32,000 bases of DNA, taken from Faecalispora sporosphaeroides DSM 1294. Its GTDB lineage: Bacteria > Bacillota > Clostridia > Oscillospirales > Acutalibacteraceae. A model generated the notes under the pieces. It did no database searches, was not told where the DNA came from, and was given only the letters and a program-made list of their open reading frames with translations. The translations under genes and the position numbers were made by a program. The stretch covers positions 546,836 to 578,835 of the forward strand of contig NZ_KB911066.1 in the NCBI RefSeq assembly GCF_000383295.1. The letters run 5' to 3'. Below are positions 18,133 to 26,776 of the stretch, in pieces; the first letter of the stretch is position 1, and each line of letters begins with the position of its first letter.

Positions 18133-18551
18133 GCAAGACGTTTGAGTGCCATAAGATTTCGGAGGGTCAGGCCAAGGGCGAGGTGCTCATTTCTACCGAC
18201 GATTTCTGCTTTTATCTGGTCGACCCGCAAACCGGGGTGGTCATCGAAAAAAATCACTGTCTGTACGGGCAGAGCATCGCGGGCAAAATTCTGCTGTTCC
18301 CCAACGGAAAGGGCAGCTCCGTGGTGCAAACAGACGGTATGTTTCAATTAAAGATGAAGGGCACCGAGCCCAAGGCGCTGGTGATTCAGAATCCGGACAC
18401 CACCCTGGTGGCAAGTGCGATTTTGATGGAAATGCCGATGGTGGACCGGCTGGAGCCCGAGTTCTACCAAACCGTTCAAAACGGCGATTTGGCGGAGCTG
18501 GACGCCACAAACGGAGTGCTGAAGCTGCTCGGCAGGGAGGAGCGCGAATGA
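18129..18551 (+). CDS. Aconitase X swivel-domain (small) subunit, DUF126-like
   Basis: MSKTFECHKISEGQAKGEVLISTDDFCFYLVDPQTGVVIEKNHCLYGQSIAGKILLFPNGKGSSVVQT. ATGA overlap with the large subunit. The N-terminal part of the tracked ORF (17802 onward) is out-of-frame read of the large subunit. Confidence 0.87.
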   Translation: MSKTFECHKISEGQAKGEVLISTDDFCFYLVDPQTGVVIEKNHCLYGQSIAGKILLFPNGKGSSVVQTDGMFQLKMKGTEPKALVIQNPDTTLVASAILMEMPMVDRLEPEFYQTVQNGDLAELDATNGVLKLLGREERE

Positions 18552-19513
18552 AGCCGCTGTTCTGGTTTATCGACGAGGAATGGAAGGACTACGATATAGA
18601 AACCGCCGTTCTAAGAGAGCAGTACCCCGACTGTGAGCTGAAATTTTCCAATTATAATTACGAACGCGATCTGGAGGAATTCGGGTACCGTGCGGACGCA
18701 ATTATCGCGCAGGTGTACGCGCAGATTCCCGCCTCCACCATACAGCGCCTGCAAAGCTGCAAGGGAATCGCCGTACTTGGCGGCGGCTACGACCGTGTCG
18801 ACACGGCGGCAGCCCGGGAAAAGGGGATCTGCGTCACCAACGTGCAGGGCTACTGCGCGGAGGATTTGGCGGATTACGTTCTGGCGGCCATCTTCCATTT
18901 TTATAAGGGATTGACCGAATACCACAGCAAACTGCAAAGCGGAGCATGGGGCGCACAGGCAGTCGAGCGGCTGCCGAGGCGGATTTCACACTCTACGCTG
19001 CTCATCGTCGGATGCGGGCGGATCGGCCTCACCGTCGCAAAGCGCTGTCAAAGCCTTGGAATGAAAATCCTCGGCTACGACCCTGACCGGGACGCCGCCT
19101 TTTTGAAGGAGCGGGGCGTGAAAAAGGTTTCTTTGGAAGAAGGCTTGCGTTTGGCCGATTATGTGAGCGTCAATGTGCGGCTGGACGAAAGCACCGCCGG
19201 TCTTTTGGGAGAGCAGGAGTTTTCCCTCATGAAGAAAAGCGCGTATCTCATCAACACGGCCCGCGGCGCCGTTCTGAAAGAGGATGAGCTGATCCGCGCG
19301 CTGGAAGCCGGCACAATCGCCGGCGCGGTGCTGGATGTCATCACGCATGAGCCGCCCCGGGAGCAGGAACCGATTTTCAGCGCGCCAAATTGTGTGGTCA
19401 CACCGCACGTTTCGTACATTTCGCAGGAATCCTTTGAGGAGCTGCGCGGCCGGGCCGCCTGGAACGCCATTCAAATGCTGCGCGGGGAACAACCGGCAGA
19501 CCTGGTGAACTGA
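18548..19513 (+). CDS. D-2-hydroxyacid dehydrogenase (second, distinct from the one at 5421)
   Basis: LLIVGCGRIGLTVAKRCQSLGMKILGYDP, LADYVSVNVRLDESTAGLLGEQEFSLMKKSAYLINTARGAVLKEDEL, GAVLDVITHEPP, VTPHVSYISQES. ATGA overlap with the upstream gene. Confidence 0.92.
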   Translation: MKPLFWFIDEEWKDYDIETAVLREQYPDCELKFSNYNYERDLEEFGYRADAIIAQVYAQIPASTIQRLQSCKGIAVLGGGYDRVDTAAAREKGICVTNVQGYCAEDLADYVLAAIFHFYKGLTEYHSKLQSGAWGAQAVERLPRRISHSTLLIVGCGRIGLTVAKRCQSLGMKILGYDPDRDAAFLKERGVKKVSLEEGLRLADYVSVNVRLDESTAGLLGEQEFSLMKKSAYLINTARGAVLKEDELIRALEAGTIAGAVLDVITHEPPREQEPIFSAPNCVVTPHVSYISQESFEELRGRAAWNAIQMLRGEQPADLVN

Positions 19514-19689
19514 GTTTTTCGCCTTTATGAGGGGGCATGCTCTTTCATAAAAATACAGCTTCGCTTGAAAACGGACTGCGGCTTCTCCTCCTGCGGCGGA
19601 AAAGCCGATGACCTCTCAAACAGGCCATTTCAAGGGAAAGCACAACACATGCGAAAATGAAATTGAGACAGGATGAAGGAGAATCTACT

Positions 19690-20748
19690 ATGAGAAAAGC
19701 ATCTGCAAAAATTATTTCTCTGGCTCTAGCCGCCGCCATGAGCACTTCGCTTCTGGCCGGCTGTTCCGGCGGCAGCACAAGCAAGGCCCCGGCGGAAAGC
19801 GGCGCCGCCTCGCAGAGCGCGGCATCCGGCGGCGTTTACGACGGTACCGTCACGCTGGCGCATTCCAGCTGGATCGGCTTCTACCCGCTTGATCTGGCTG
19901 TGGAAAAAGGGTTCTTTAAAAATCACGGCGCAGACGTAAAGGTAGAAATCATCGAAAGCAAATCCGACAGCAAAAGTGCTCTTGCCGCCGGCAAAATTCA
20001 GGGCATTGCCACCTCGCTGGATACCAACATCATGAGCGCCGCCAGCGGAATCGACCTGCAGGTGGTTCTGGCGCTCGACACCTCCTCCGGCGGCGACGGC
20101 CTGGTTGCGAAAAAAGAGTTTAAAAGCTTTGAGGATCTGAAGGGCAAGACCATCGCGCTCGACACAACCGGGGGCGCGAGCTTCTTCTGGTTCAACTACC
20201 TGCTCAAGGAAAAGAACCTGTCCATGAGCGACTTTGACGTGCAGTCCATGGGCTCCGGCGACGCGGGCGCCGCGTTTGCCGCCGGCAAGGTGGACGCCGC
20301 CATGACCTGGCAGCCCTGGCTCGACAACGCAAAGAAAACCACCTTCGGCCAGGTACTGCTCTCCAGCAGCGAATATCCCGGCGTTATTGTGGACGCTCTC
20401 GGCCTGAGCACCGATTTCGTCCAGAAATACCCCGAGACAACGCAGGCCATCATCGACGGCTGGAACGACGCGATCGATTACATGAAGAGCAACCCGGACG
20501 ACGCGTATAAAATCATGAGCGTACCCGCGGGCATGAAACCGGACGCCCTGAAAGCCGCCTGCGAAACAGAGGTTCAGTTCTACGACAAGGCCGGCAACAA
20601 GAGCTATTTTGGAACCGCGGAAAACAAGGGCGACATTTACAAAATTTCTGAATTTGCCGCACAGCTTTGGGTCGACACCAAAATGGTAAGCAGCAAAGCA
20701 GATATTGATAAGGTACTGAATTCCACCTTTGTGAACGCCGCCAAATAA
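19690..20748 (+). CDS. ABC transporter substrate-binding lipoprotein, SsuA/TauA/NitT family
   Basis: MRKASAKIISLALAAAMSTSLLAGCSGG lipobox; YPLDLAVEKGFFKNHGADVKVEII, MSAASGIDLQVVLALDTSSGGDGLVAKKEFKSFEDLKGKTIALD, AAMTWQPWL. Confidence 0.9.
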   Translation: MRKASAKIISLALAAAMSTSLLAGCSGGSTSKAPAESGAASQSAASGGVYDGTVTLAHSSWIGFYPLDLAVEKGFFKNHGADVKVEIIESKSDSKSALAAGKIQGIATSLDTNIMSAASGIDLQVVLALDTSSGGDGLVAKKEFKSFEDLKGKTIALDTTGGASFFWFNYLLKEKNLSMSDFDVQSMGSGDAGAAFAAGKVDAAMTWQPWLDNAKKTTFGQVLLSSSEYPGVIVDALGLSTDFVQKYPETTQAIIDGWNDAIDYMKSNPDDAYKIMSVPAGMKPDALKAACETEVQFYDKAGNKSYFGTAENKGDIYKISEFAAQLWVDTKMVSSKADIDKVLNSTFVNAAK

Positions 20749-20782
20749 CAGGCAGGACAATCGAAATAAAACCCATCCTTCT

Positions 20783-20809
20783 CTGGGGAGAGCGCTCCGC
20801 TCTCCCCAG
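20783..20809. repeat. Intra-operon hairpin between substrate-binding protein and permease genes
   Basis: CTGGGGAGAGC (20783-20793), 5-nt loop GCTCC, GCTCTCCCCAG (20799-20809): perfect 11-bp stem, no U-tract. Confidence 0.88.
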
Positions 20810-20882
20810 GAGATGTTGTTATTTGGAGCAAAGTGTGCCGCAGGGAACGGCAGACGGCGCCCTGACGAAAGGAGCTCGTGCT

Positions 20883-21755
20883 ATGGCAGAAAAAACGACG
20901 GCGGTTCCCGCCGCGGCCCTGACCACAAAATCCGCAAAACGAGAAACGGGGAACAAATCGATGTTTGGCGATAAAATAACAGCAGCCTTTCAGCCAAAAG
21001 GGAAAATCAAACAAAATACCGCCATGATTCTCGGCATTGTGGCCTTTCTTCTCATTTTGATTTTATGGAGCGGCCTGAGCTACGGAAAAATGGTCGATCC
21101 GCTCTTTTTACCCACCCCTACCGCCACTCTTCAGGCAAGCCTGCAGCTGTTTGGCAGCGGCTTCTGGACGGACATCGGCATGACGGTGTTCCGCGTAATG
21201 ACCGGATTTGTCATCGCGGCGGTCGTGGCGATTCCTCTGGGGGTGCTCATCGGAACCTACGCGCCGATCTCGGCCTTTTTTGAGCCGGTGTTTTCGTTCG
21301 TGCGCTATATGCCGGCCTCGGCCTTCATTCCTCTGTTCATCTTCTGGATCGGCATCGGCGAAAGCGAGAAGGTCGCCATCATCATTCTGGGCAGCCTGCC
21401 GCAGCTGGTTCTGATGACCGCAACCAACATCCGCAACGTGCATTCCTCGCTGATCGAGGTTTCGTACACGCTTGGCACCAACCGCAAAAACGTGCTGTGG
21501 AAGGTCATCCTCCCCAAGGCGATGCCGGATATTACCGACACGCTGCGCATCGTGCTCGGCTGGGCCTGGACGTACGTGATCGTGGCCGAAATGGTGGGCG
21601 CGTCCTCCGGCATCGGCTTTAAGATTCTGCAGGCGCAGCGCACCGTGGACGTGGGAAAAATCTTTGTGGGGATTCTGATTCTTGGCCTGATCGGCCTGAT
21701 GATCGATAACCTGCTGCTGTTCCTGAACAAAAAGCTGTACCCGTGGAACGAATGA
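20883..21755 (+). CDS. ABC transporter permease, SsuC/TauC family
   Basis: Hydrophobic; GVLIGTYAPISAFFEPVFSFVRYMPASAFIPLFIFWIGIGESEKVAIIILGSLPQL, VILPKAMPDITDTLRIVLGWAWTYVIVAEMVGASSGIG. Start chosen at 20883 after AAGGAG; 20823 is also in-frame. Confidence 0.9.
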   Translation: MAEKTTAVPAAALTTKSAKRETGNKSMFGDKITAAFQPKGKIKQNTAMILGIVAFLLILILWSGLSYGKMVDPLFLPTPTATLQASLQLFGSGFWTDIGMTVFRVMTGFVIAAVVAIPLGVLIGTYAPISAFFEPVFSFVRYMPASAFIPLFIFWIGIGESEKVAIIILGSLPQLVLMTATNIRNVHSSLIEVSYTLGTNRKNVLWKVILPKAMPDITDTLRIVLGWAWTYVIVAEMVGASSGIGFKILQAQRTVDVGKIFVGILILGLIGLMIDNLLLFLNKKLYPWNE

Positions 21756-21774
21756 CAGAAAGAGAGGGATTGTT

Positions 21775-22593
21775 ATGCAGACAGCGGTAATGGAAACCAC
21801 CGCCAAGCGCCCACATCAGGGGCTTGAAATCAAGAACGTCTCAAAGCTGTTTCAGAGCGAGAAAGGCCCGGTAAAGGCTCTCGATGGAATTAACCTCCAC
21901 GTGCGCTCCAAGGAATTTTTAACCCTGCTGGGAACCTCGGGCTGCGGTAAATCCACGCTGCTGCGCATCATTGGCGGGCTCGAAACCGCCAGCAGCGGCA
22001 CCATCAGCTATAAGCAGCAGGAGCTCAGGGGCGCGGGCTCGGACAGAGGCATGGTGTTCCAGAATTACACCCTCTTCCCGTGGCTGACCGTTCTGGAAAA
22101 CATCGAATTCGGATTAAAGCAGAAAAACGTGCCCGCAAAGGAGCGCCGGGAAATCGCGGAAAAATATGTGGACCTGGTCGCGCTGCGCGGCTTTGAATCG
22201 CTGTACCCCAAATCGCTTTCCGGCGGCATGAAGCAGAGGGTGGCAATTGCCAGAGCGCTGGCCAACGACCCCGATATTCTCCTGCTGGACGAACCGTTCG
22301 GCGCGCTGGATATGCAGACCCGCGAGCTGATGCAGGAGCTGCTGCTGAATGTATGGCAGCAGTCCCCGAAAACGATCATTATGGTCACACATGATATCGA
22401 CGAGGCGATTCTTTTGGCAGACCGCGTGGTGGTCATGTCCGCAAGGCCCGGCCGGGTCAGAGAGATCATCGACGTGGGGCTTGAGCGACCCCGCGATCAC
22501 CACACCCGCCTGACGCAGGAGTTTTTGCAGTATAAGGAGCGCGCCTCCGAACTGATCCGCGAAGAAAGCCTGCGCCTGATGAACGCGATCTGA
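21775..22593 (+). CDS. ABC transporter ATP-binding protein, SsuB/TauB family
   Basis: LLGTSGCGKSTLLRIIGGL, LSGGMKQRVAIARALANDPDILLLDEPFGALDMQTRELMQ, MVTHDIDEAILLADRVVVMS. Confidence 0.94.
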   Translation: MQTAVMETTAKRPHQGLEIKNVSKLFQSEKGPVKALDGINLHVRSKEFLTLLGTSGCGKSTLLRIIGGLETASSGTISYKQQELRGAGSDRGMVFQNYTLFPWLTVLENIEFGLKQKNVPAKERREIAEKYVDLVALRGFESLYPKSLSGGMKQRVAIARALANDPDILLLDEPFGALDMQTRELMQELLLNVWQQSPKTIIMVTHDIDEAILLADRVVVMSARPGRVREIIDVGLERPRDHHTRLTQEFLQYKERASELIREESLRLMNAI

Positions 22594-22617
22594 TCCCTTC
22601 AGAAAAGAGGTGCCGTT

Positions 22618-23202
22618 TTGATTCAGCTGATTCCGCGCGCGCGGCAAAAAACGACGAAATGGTCGGGAGGGGAAACCTCTGAGCTGTTTATTGATCCGCC
22701 GCAGGCTTCGTTAGCGGCACAGGATTTTCTCTTTCGGATCAGCACCGCCTCGGTTGCCTGCGGTGCCAGTGAGTTTACCCTGTTCCCGCAAAAGCAGCGA
22801 ATTCTTCTTTTGCTGGAGGGGGACATCACGCTGACCTTTCGCGAGGGAGAAAGCATCCGCCTGAAGCCGATGCAGAGCGCCGCGTTTTCCGGCGCGTGGC
22901 ATACCCAGAGCCGGGGAACCGGGAGGAATCTCAACCTGATCCTCTTGCCGTCTGCCAAAGGGTCTGTTAAAGTGATAAAGCTCCGCCCCGGAAAAGTGTG
23001 GCGTTTTTCGCCGCAAACCCGCTTTACCGGGCTGTATTTCCCGTTCGGTTCGGCACACGTGACCGCCGGGGATTCCGGCTATTCCATACAAAAAAGAGAT
23101 TTCTTGTTGATTTCCAATCCTGCAGAAGGTATGATATTTGATGTGGATACGCTCTGCGAGCAGTATCTGATCATGACGGGAGTGGAGCTTGATGACCAAT
23201 AG
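22618..23202 (+). CDS. HutD/Ves-family protein (cupin-like)
   Basis: IQLIPRARQKTTKWSGGETSELFIDPP...DFLFRISTASVACGASEFTLFPQKQRILLLLEGDITLTF is HutD-like. TTG start preceded by AGAGG. Confidence 0.75.
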   Translation: MIQLIPRARQKTTKWSGGETSELFIDPPQASLAAQDFLFRISTASVACGASEFTLFPQKQRILLLLEGDITLTFREGESIRLKPMQSAAFSGAWHTQSRGTGRNLNLILLPSAKGSVKVIKLRPGKVWRFSPQTRFTGLYFPFGSAHVTAGDSGYSIQKRDFLLISNPAEGMIFDVDTLCEQYLIMTGVELDDQ

Positions 23203-24073
23203 AAGGGCAGCCTTGCAGACAGAACCGATTCAATTTTTAATTGCCAAGCTGTCTGCCGCGGCAAAGGAATCTGCCACTTACGAAAAACTGGCTTATTATA
23301 TAGAAAAGAATTATATGCGCGTCATTTTTATGACCGCCGTCGATGTGGCGCTGGACGCCAAGGTGAGCCAGGGCAGTGTTTCGCGTTTCTGCATGGCGCT
23401 CGGCTATAACGGCTATAATGAGTTTCAGCGCGAGCTGCAGAAAAGCGTCAGCGAAAAGATAACCGGACCCCAACGGCTGAATTATGTACTGAAGGATCGG
23501 CACAGCGCGGTCGGCGACATTCTCTCGAGCGAAGTGAATAATTTAGTGGAGCTGGAAGCTTCCATCGGCGGCCCCGCCTATGAAGCTCTGGTGAATATGG
23601 TGGCAAACGCGCGGGATTTGATACTGCTGTCGTCCAGAATGTCCGCCACCCTGCTGCCCTATATGCAGTATATTTTGAACAAGCTGCGCAACAATGTCTA
23701 CACGGTAACGCCGGAAACCCCGGCGTGGAATACGCTGGAATACCGCGACCCCAAGGATACAGGGATCGTTCTGCCGATTTTCCCCCGTTATCCGGATGCT
23801 TTGCTGAAAAAAGCGCGGGCGCTCAAAAACGGCGGCTTTCGGATCATTGCCGTTACGGACAGCCTGCTCTCCCCCATCTGCCAGATCGCGGACGAAACCA
23901 ATGTGGTTCCCATCACTGTGGCTTCGCTGTTCGACATTTACAGCACCCCCATGGTTTTTATGAACCTTGTCTTTCGGGACGCGGCCAAAAAGATTCCCGA
24001 TGTAAACGCGCGGCTGGAGCAGATCGAGCTTCAGGAAAAAAGCTCCGGCGTTTATCATATCTCCGGCCGCTGA
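23192..24073 (+). CDS. MurR/RpiR-family transcriptional regulator
   Basis: N-terminal HTH (YEKLAYYIEKNYMRVIFMTAVDVALDAKVSQGSVSRFCMALGYNGYNEFQRELQ) and a SIS-like domain (ARDLILLSSRMSATLLPYMQYILNKL). Overlaps the HutD-like stop. Confidence 0.88.
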   Translation: MTNRRAALQTEPIQFLIAKLSAAAKESATYEKLAYYIEKNYMRVIFMTAVDVALDAKVSQGSVSRFCMALGYNGYNEFQRELQKSVSEKITGPQRLNYVLKDRHSAVGDILSSEVNNLVELEASIGGPAYEALVNMVANARDLILLSSRMSATLLPYMQYILNKLRNNVYTVTPETPAWNTLEYRDPKDTGIVLPIFPRYPDALLKKARALKNGGFRIIAVTDSLLSPICQIADETNVVPITVASLFDIYSTPMVFMNLVFRDAAKKIPDVNARLEQIELQEKSSGVYHISGR

Positions 24074-24092
24074 AAATCAATCAGACTATTCC

Positions 24093-24131
24093 GGGCATGA
24101 CGGTCGTCAGACTGTCATGCCCTTCTTGTTG
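24093..24131 (+). terminator. Intrinsic-type terminator after the RpiR-family regulator
   Basis: GGGCATGACGGTC (24093-24105), loop GTCA, GACTGTCATGCCC (24110-24122), then TTCTTGTTG. Single G.U in a 13-bp stem. Confidence 0.7.
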
Positions 24132-24233
24132 TAAGAACGCTCCGTTTATGGCTTTTCTGCCCAGTCGGAAAGCTCATTCGGCCAGATTCCCGAAGAAAGA
24201 TGCATTGTCTGACCAGCAGCCGTTTATTTTTCT

Positions 24234-24262
24234 GTGAAATTTCAGCCGTTCTATGGTAAAAT
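24234..24262 (+). promoter_or_regulatory. Possible promoter of tex
   Basis: GTGAAA (24234-24239), 17-bp spacer, TAAAAT (24257-24262). The -35 match is weak. Confidence 0.35.
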
Positions 24263-24309
24263 AGCCTTATCAATACGAAGCAAATGAAACAGCAGGAAGA
24301 GGGAAATGT

Positions 24310-26475
24310 ATGGATATGATCGCGGAGCTGTCAAAGGAATTCCGCCTGAACCAGCAGCATGTGGGGAACATCATTACACTGATCGACGACGGGAATACCA
24401 TTCCGTTTATTGCGCGGTACCGCAAGGAAATGACCGGCTCCTGCGACGACCAGGTTCTGCGCGAGCTGTCGGACCGCCTGCAATACCTGCGGAACCTGGA
24501 AAAGCGCAAGGAAGAAATTTTAGAGAGCATCGCGGCGCAGGGCAAAATGACCGACGCGCTTTTCCTCGCCGTTCAAAGCGCGAAAACACTCGCGGAAGCG
24601 GAGGATTTATACCGGCCTTACCGCCCCAAGCGCCGCACCCGGGCCACCATCGCGCAGGAAAAGGGCCTGCGCCCTCTGGCCGACCTGATCATGGCGCAAA
24701 CACAGCGCGGTACCACACTGGAAAAGCTTGCCGCTCCCTATGTCAATCTGGAAAAGGGTGTGGAATTCTGGGAGGATGCGGTGCAGGGCGCGCAGGATAT
24801 TCTGGCCGAGGAGATTTCAGACGACGCGGAGATGCGAAAAAAGCTGCGTCAGATCATACGAAGGGACGGGCTTGTGGTATCCCGCGCCGTTCAGGAAAAC
24901 CCGGTGTATGAAATGTACGCCGAATATTCCGAGCCCGTCAGTAAAATACCGAGCCACCGGATTCTGGCGATTGACCGCGGAGAAAAGGAAGAATGCCTGA
25001 AAGTAAAGCTGGAGCTGAACGATGTGCCCGCGCTTGCGGCCTTGTGCGATCGGTTTGTAAAACTTGGCAGCGTCACCTCTGCCTGCGTCAAAGGGGCCGC
25101 GGAGGATTCCTGGAAACGCCTGATTCTCCCCTCCCTTGAGCGAGAAATCCGGAACGAATTGACGCAGCGGGCGGCCAAGCAGGCGATCTCGATGTTTGCC
25201 CTGAATTTAAAGCCCCTTCTGCTCCAGCCCCCGGTGAAGGACAAGGTGATCATGGGCTTTGACCCCGCCTACCGCACGGGCTGCAAGATCGCGGTGGTGG
25301 ACGCGACCGGCAAGGTGCTGGACACCACCGTGGTGTACCCCACCCCACCCCACAAAAAGGTAGAAGAAGCAAAGCGGGAGCTCAAGCGCCTGATTGTCAA
25401 GCACGGCGTCACAATCATTTCGATCGGGAACGGCACCGCCTCCAAGGAATCCGAAATCTTTGTGGCAGAGCTCCTGCGTGAGCTGGAAACGCCGGTCAGC
25501 TATATGGTCGTCAGCGAGGCCGGAGCCTCGGTGTATTCGGCGTCAAAACTGGCCGCCGCGGAGTTCCCCGAGTTCGACGTTTCCCTGCGCAGCGCGGTCT
25601 CGATTGCGCGCAGGCTGCAGGACCCCCTGGCGGAGCTGGTAAAAATCGACCCCAAAGCCATCGGGATCGGCCAGTACCAGCACGACATGCCGCCCGCCGA
25701 GCTGGACAGCGCCCTGGAGGGCGTGGTGGAAAGCTGCGTCAACAGCGTGGGGGTCGATTTGAATACGGCGTCCGTCTCACTTTTGACTCACATTTCGGGC
25801 CTGAACGAAACGGTCGCCAAAAATGTGGTCGCCTACCGGGACGACAACGGGCCGTTCCAGAACCGCAGCCAGCTGAAAAAGGTTGCGCGGCTCGGGCCGA
25901 AGGCCTACGAGCAGTGCGCGGGCTTTCTGCGGATTCCGCGGGGAAAGAATATTCTGGACAACACCTCTGTCCACCCGGAATCGTACGATGCCGTCACAAA
26001 GCTTTTGGAGCTGCTCGGGAGGAAGCCCTCCGACCTGACAATGCAGGGAGTGGGCACGGTGTCGCAGCAGATTGAGAAGATCGGCTGGCAGAAGGCTGCC
26101 GCAGCCTGCGGCGTCGGCATTCCCACGCTGACCGACATCGTCGCCGAGCTGCAAAAGCCGGGACGCGATATCCGCGACGAGCTCCCCCCGCCGCTGCTGC
26201 GAACGGATATCATGAGCCTGTCTGACCTGAAAGCCGGGATGGAGCTGACCGGCACGGTGAGAAACGTCACCGATTTCGGCGCGTTTGTCGACATCGGCGT
26301 GCATCAGGACGGGCTGGTACACATTTCGCAGATGTCGGATCATTTTATCAAGCACCCGTCCGATCTGGTGAAGGTCGGTGATGTGGTACAGGTTACGGTG
26401 CTCAGTGTGGAGGAAGCGAAAAAGCGCATCTCCCTGACAATGAAGCGCACGGAAGCACAAAAAGCAAAGGCGTGA
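24310..26475 (+). CDS. tex: Tex-family transcription accessory protein with C-terminal S1 RNA-binding domain
   Basis: NTIPFIARYRKEMTGSCDDQVLRELSDRL, VMGFDPAYRTGCKIAVVDATGKVLDT, IGNGTASKESEIF, SVYSASKLAAAEFPEFDVSLRSAVSIARRLQDPLAELVKIDPKAIGIGQYQHDM, GTVRNVTDFGAFVDIGVHQDGLVHISQMS. Confidence 0.97.
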   Translation: MDMIAELSKEFRLNQQHVGNIITLIDDGNTIPFIARYRKEMTGSCDDQVLRELSDRLQYLRNLEKRKEEILESIAAQGKMTDALFLAVQSAKTLAEAEDLYRPYRPKRRTRATIAQEKGLRPLADLIMAQTQRGTTLEKLAAPYVNLEKGVEFWEDAVQGAQDILAEEISDDAEMRKKLRQIIRRDGLVVSRAVQENPVYEMYAEYSEPVSKIPSHRILAIDRGEKEECLKVKLELNDVPALAALCDRFVKLGSVTSACVKGAAEDSWKRLILPSLEREIRNELTQRAAKQAISMFALNLKPLLLQPPVKDKVIMGFDPAYRTGCKIAVVDATGKVLDTTVVYPTPPHKKVEEAKRELKRLIVKHGVTIISIGNGTASKESEIFVAELLRELETPVSYMVVSEAGASVYSASKLAAAEFPEFDVSLRSAVSIARRLQDPLAELVKIDPKAIGIGQYQHDMPPAELDSALEGVVESCVNSVGVDLNTASVSLLTHISGLNETVAKNVVAYRDDNGPFQNRSQLKKVARLGPKAYEQCAGFLRIPRGKNILDNTSVHPESYDAVTKLLELLGRKPSDLTMQGVGTVSQQIEKIGWQKAAAACGVGIPTLTDIVAELQKPGRDIRDELPPPLLRTDIMSLSDLKAGMELTGTVRNVTDFGAFVDIGVHQDGLVHISQMSDHFIKHPSDLVKVGDVVQVTVLSVEEAKKRISLTMKRTEAQKAKA

Positions 26476-26564
26476 GTTTCGTTTGATCATACGTTTTCTA
26501 ACTTTATTCCGGATGCGAAAAATCAGATAGAACTGATAAAAAGGCGTATCGAGCCGATGCTTGA

Positions 26565-26597
26565 GGTCTGTGAATCCTAGCACCAGACCATTTTTTT
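26565..26597 (+). terminator. Intrinsic terminator downstream of tex
   Basis: GGTCTG (26565-26570) pairs with CAGACC (26584-26589), followed by ATTTTTTT. Confidence 0.65.
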
Positions 26598-26611
26598 AAA
26601 ATATCCAGAAC

Positions 26612-26660
26612 AATTAAAATCGCATGGCCGGCAAACCGAAATACGGCTGCCGGCCATGCG
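26612..26660 (-). terminator. Hairpin, likely terminator for leftward operon E
   Basis: CGCATGGCCGGCA (26621-26633) is the exact reverse complement of TGCCGGCCATGCG (26648-26660). Read on the minus strand it is followed by ATTTTAATTG. Confidence 0.7.
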
Positions 26661-26776
26661 ATTGATTCTATATTTGATTTATTTGAGGAGGCATATTCAG
26701 GCCTTCACATCCCGTGAAAGCATAGGACAATCCGATTCTCAAATTCCTTGATAACACAAAACGCCAGTCATTCGGC

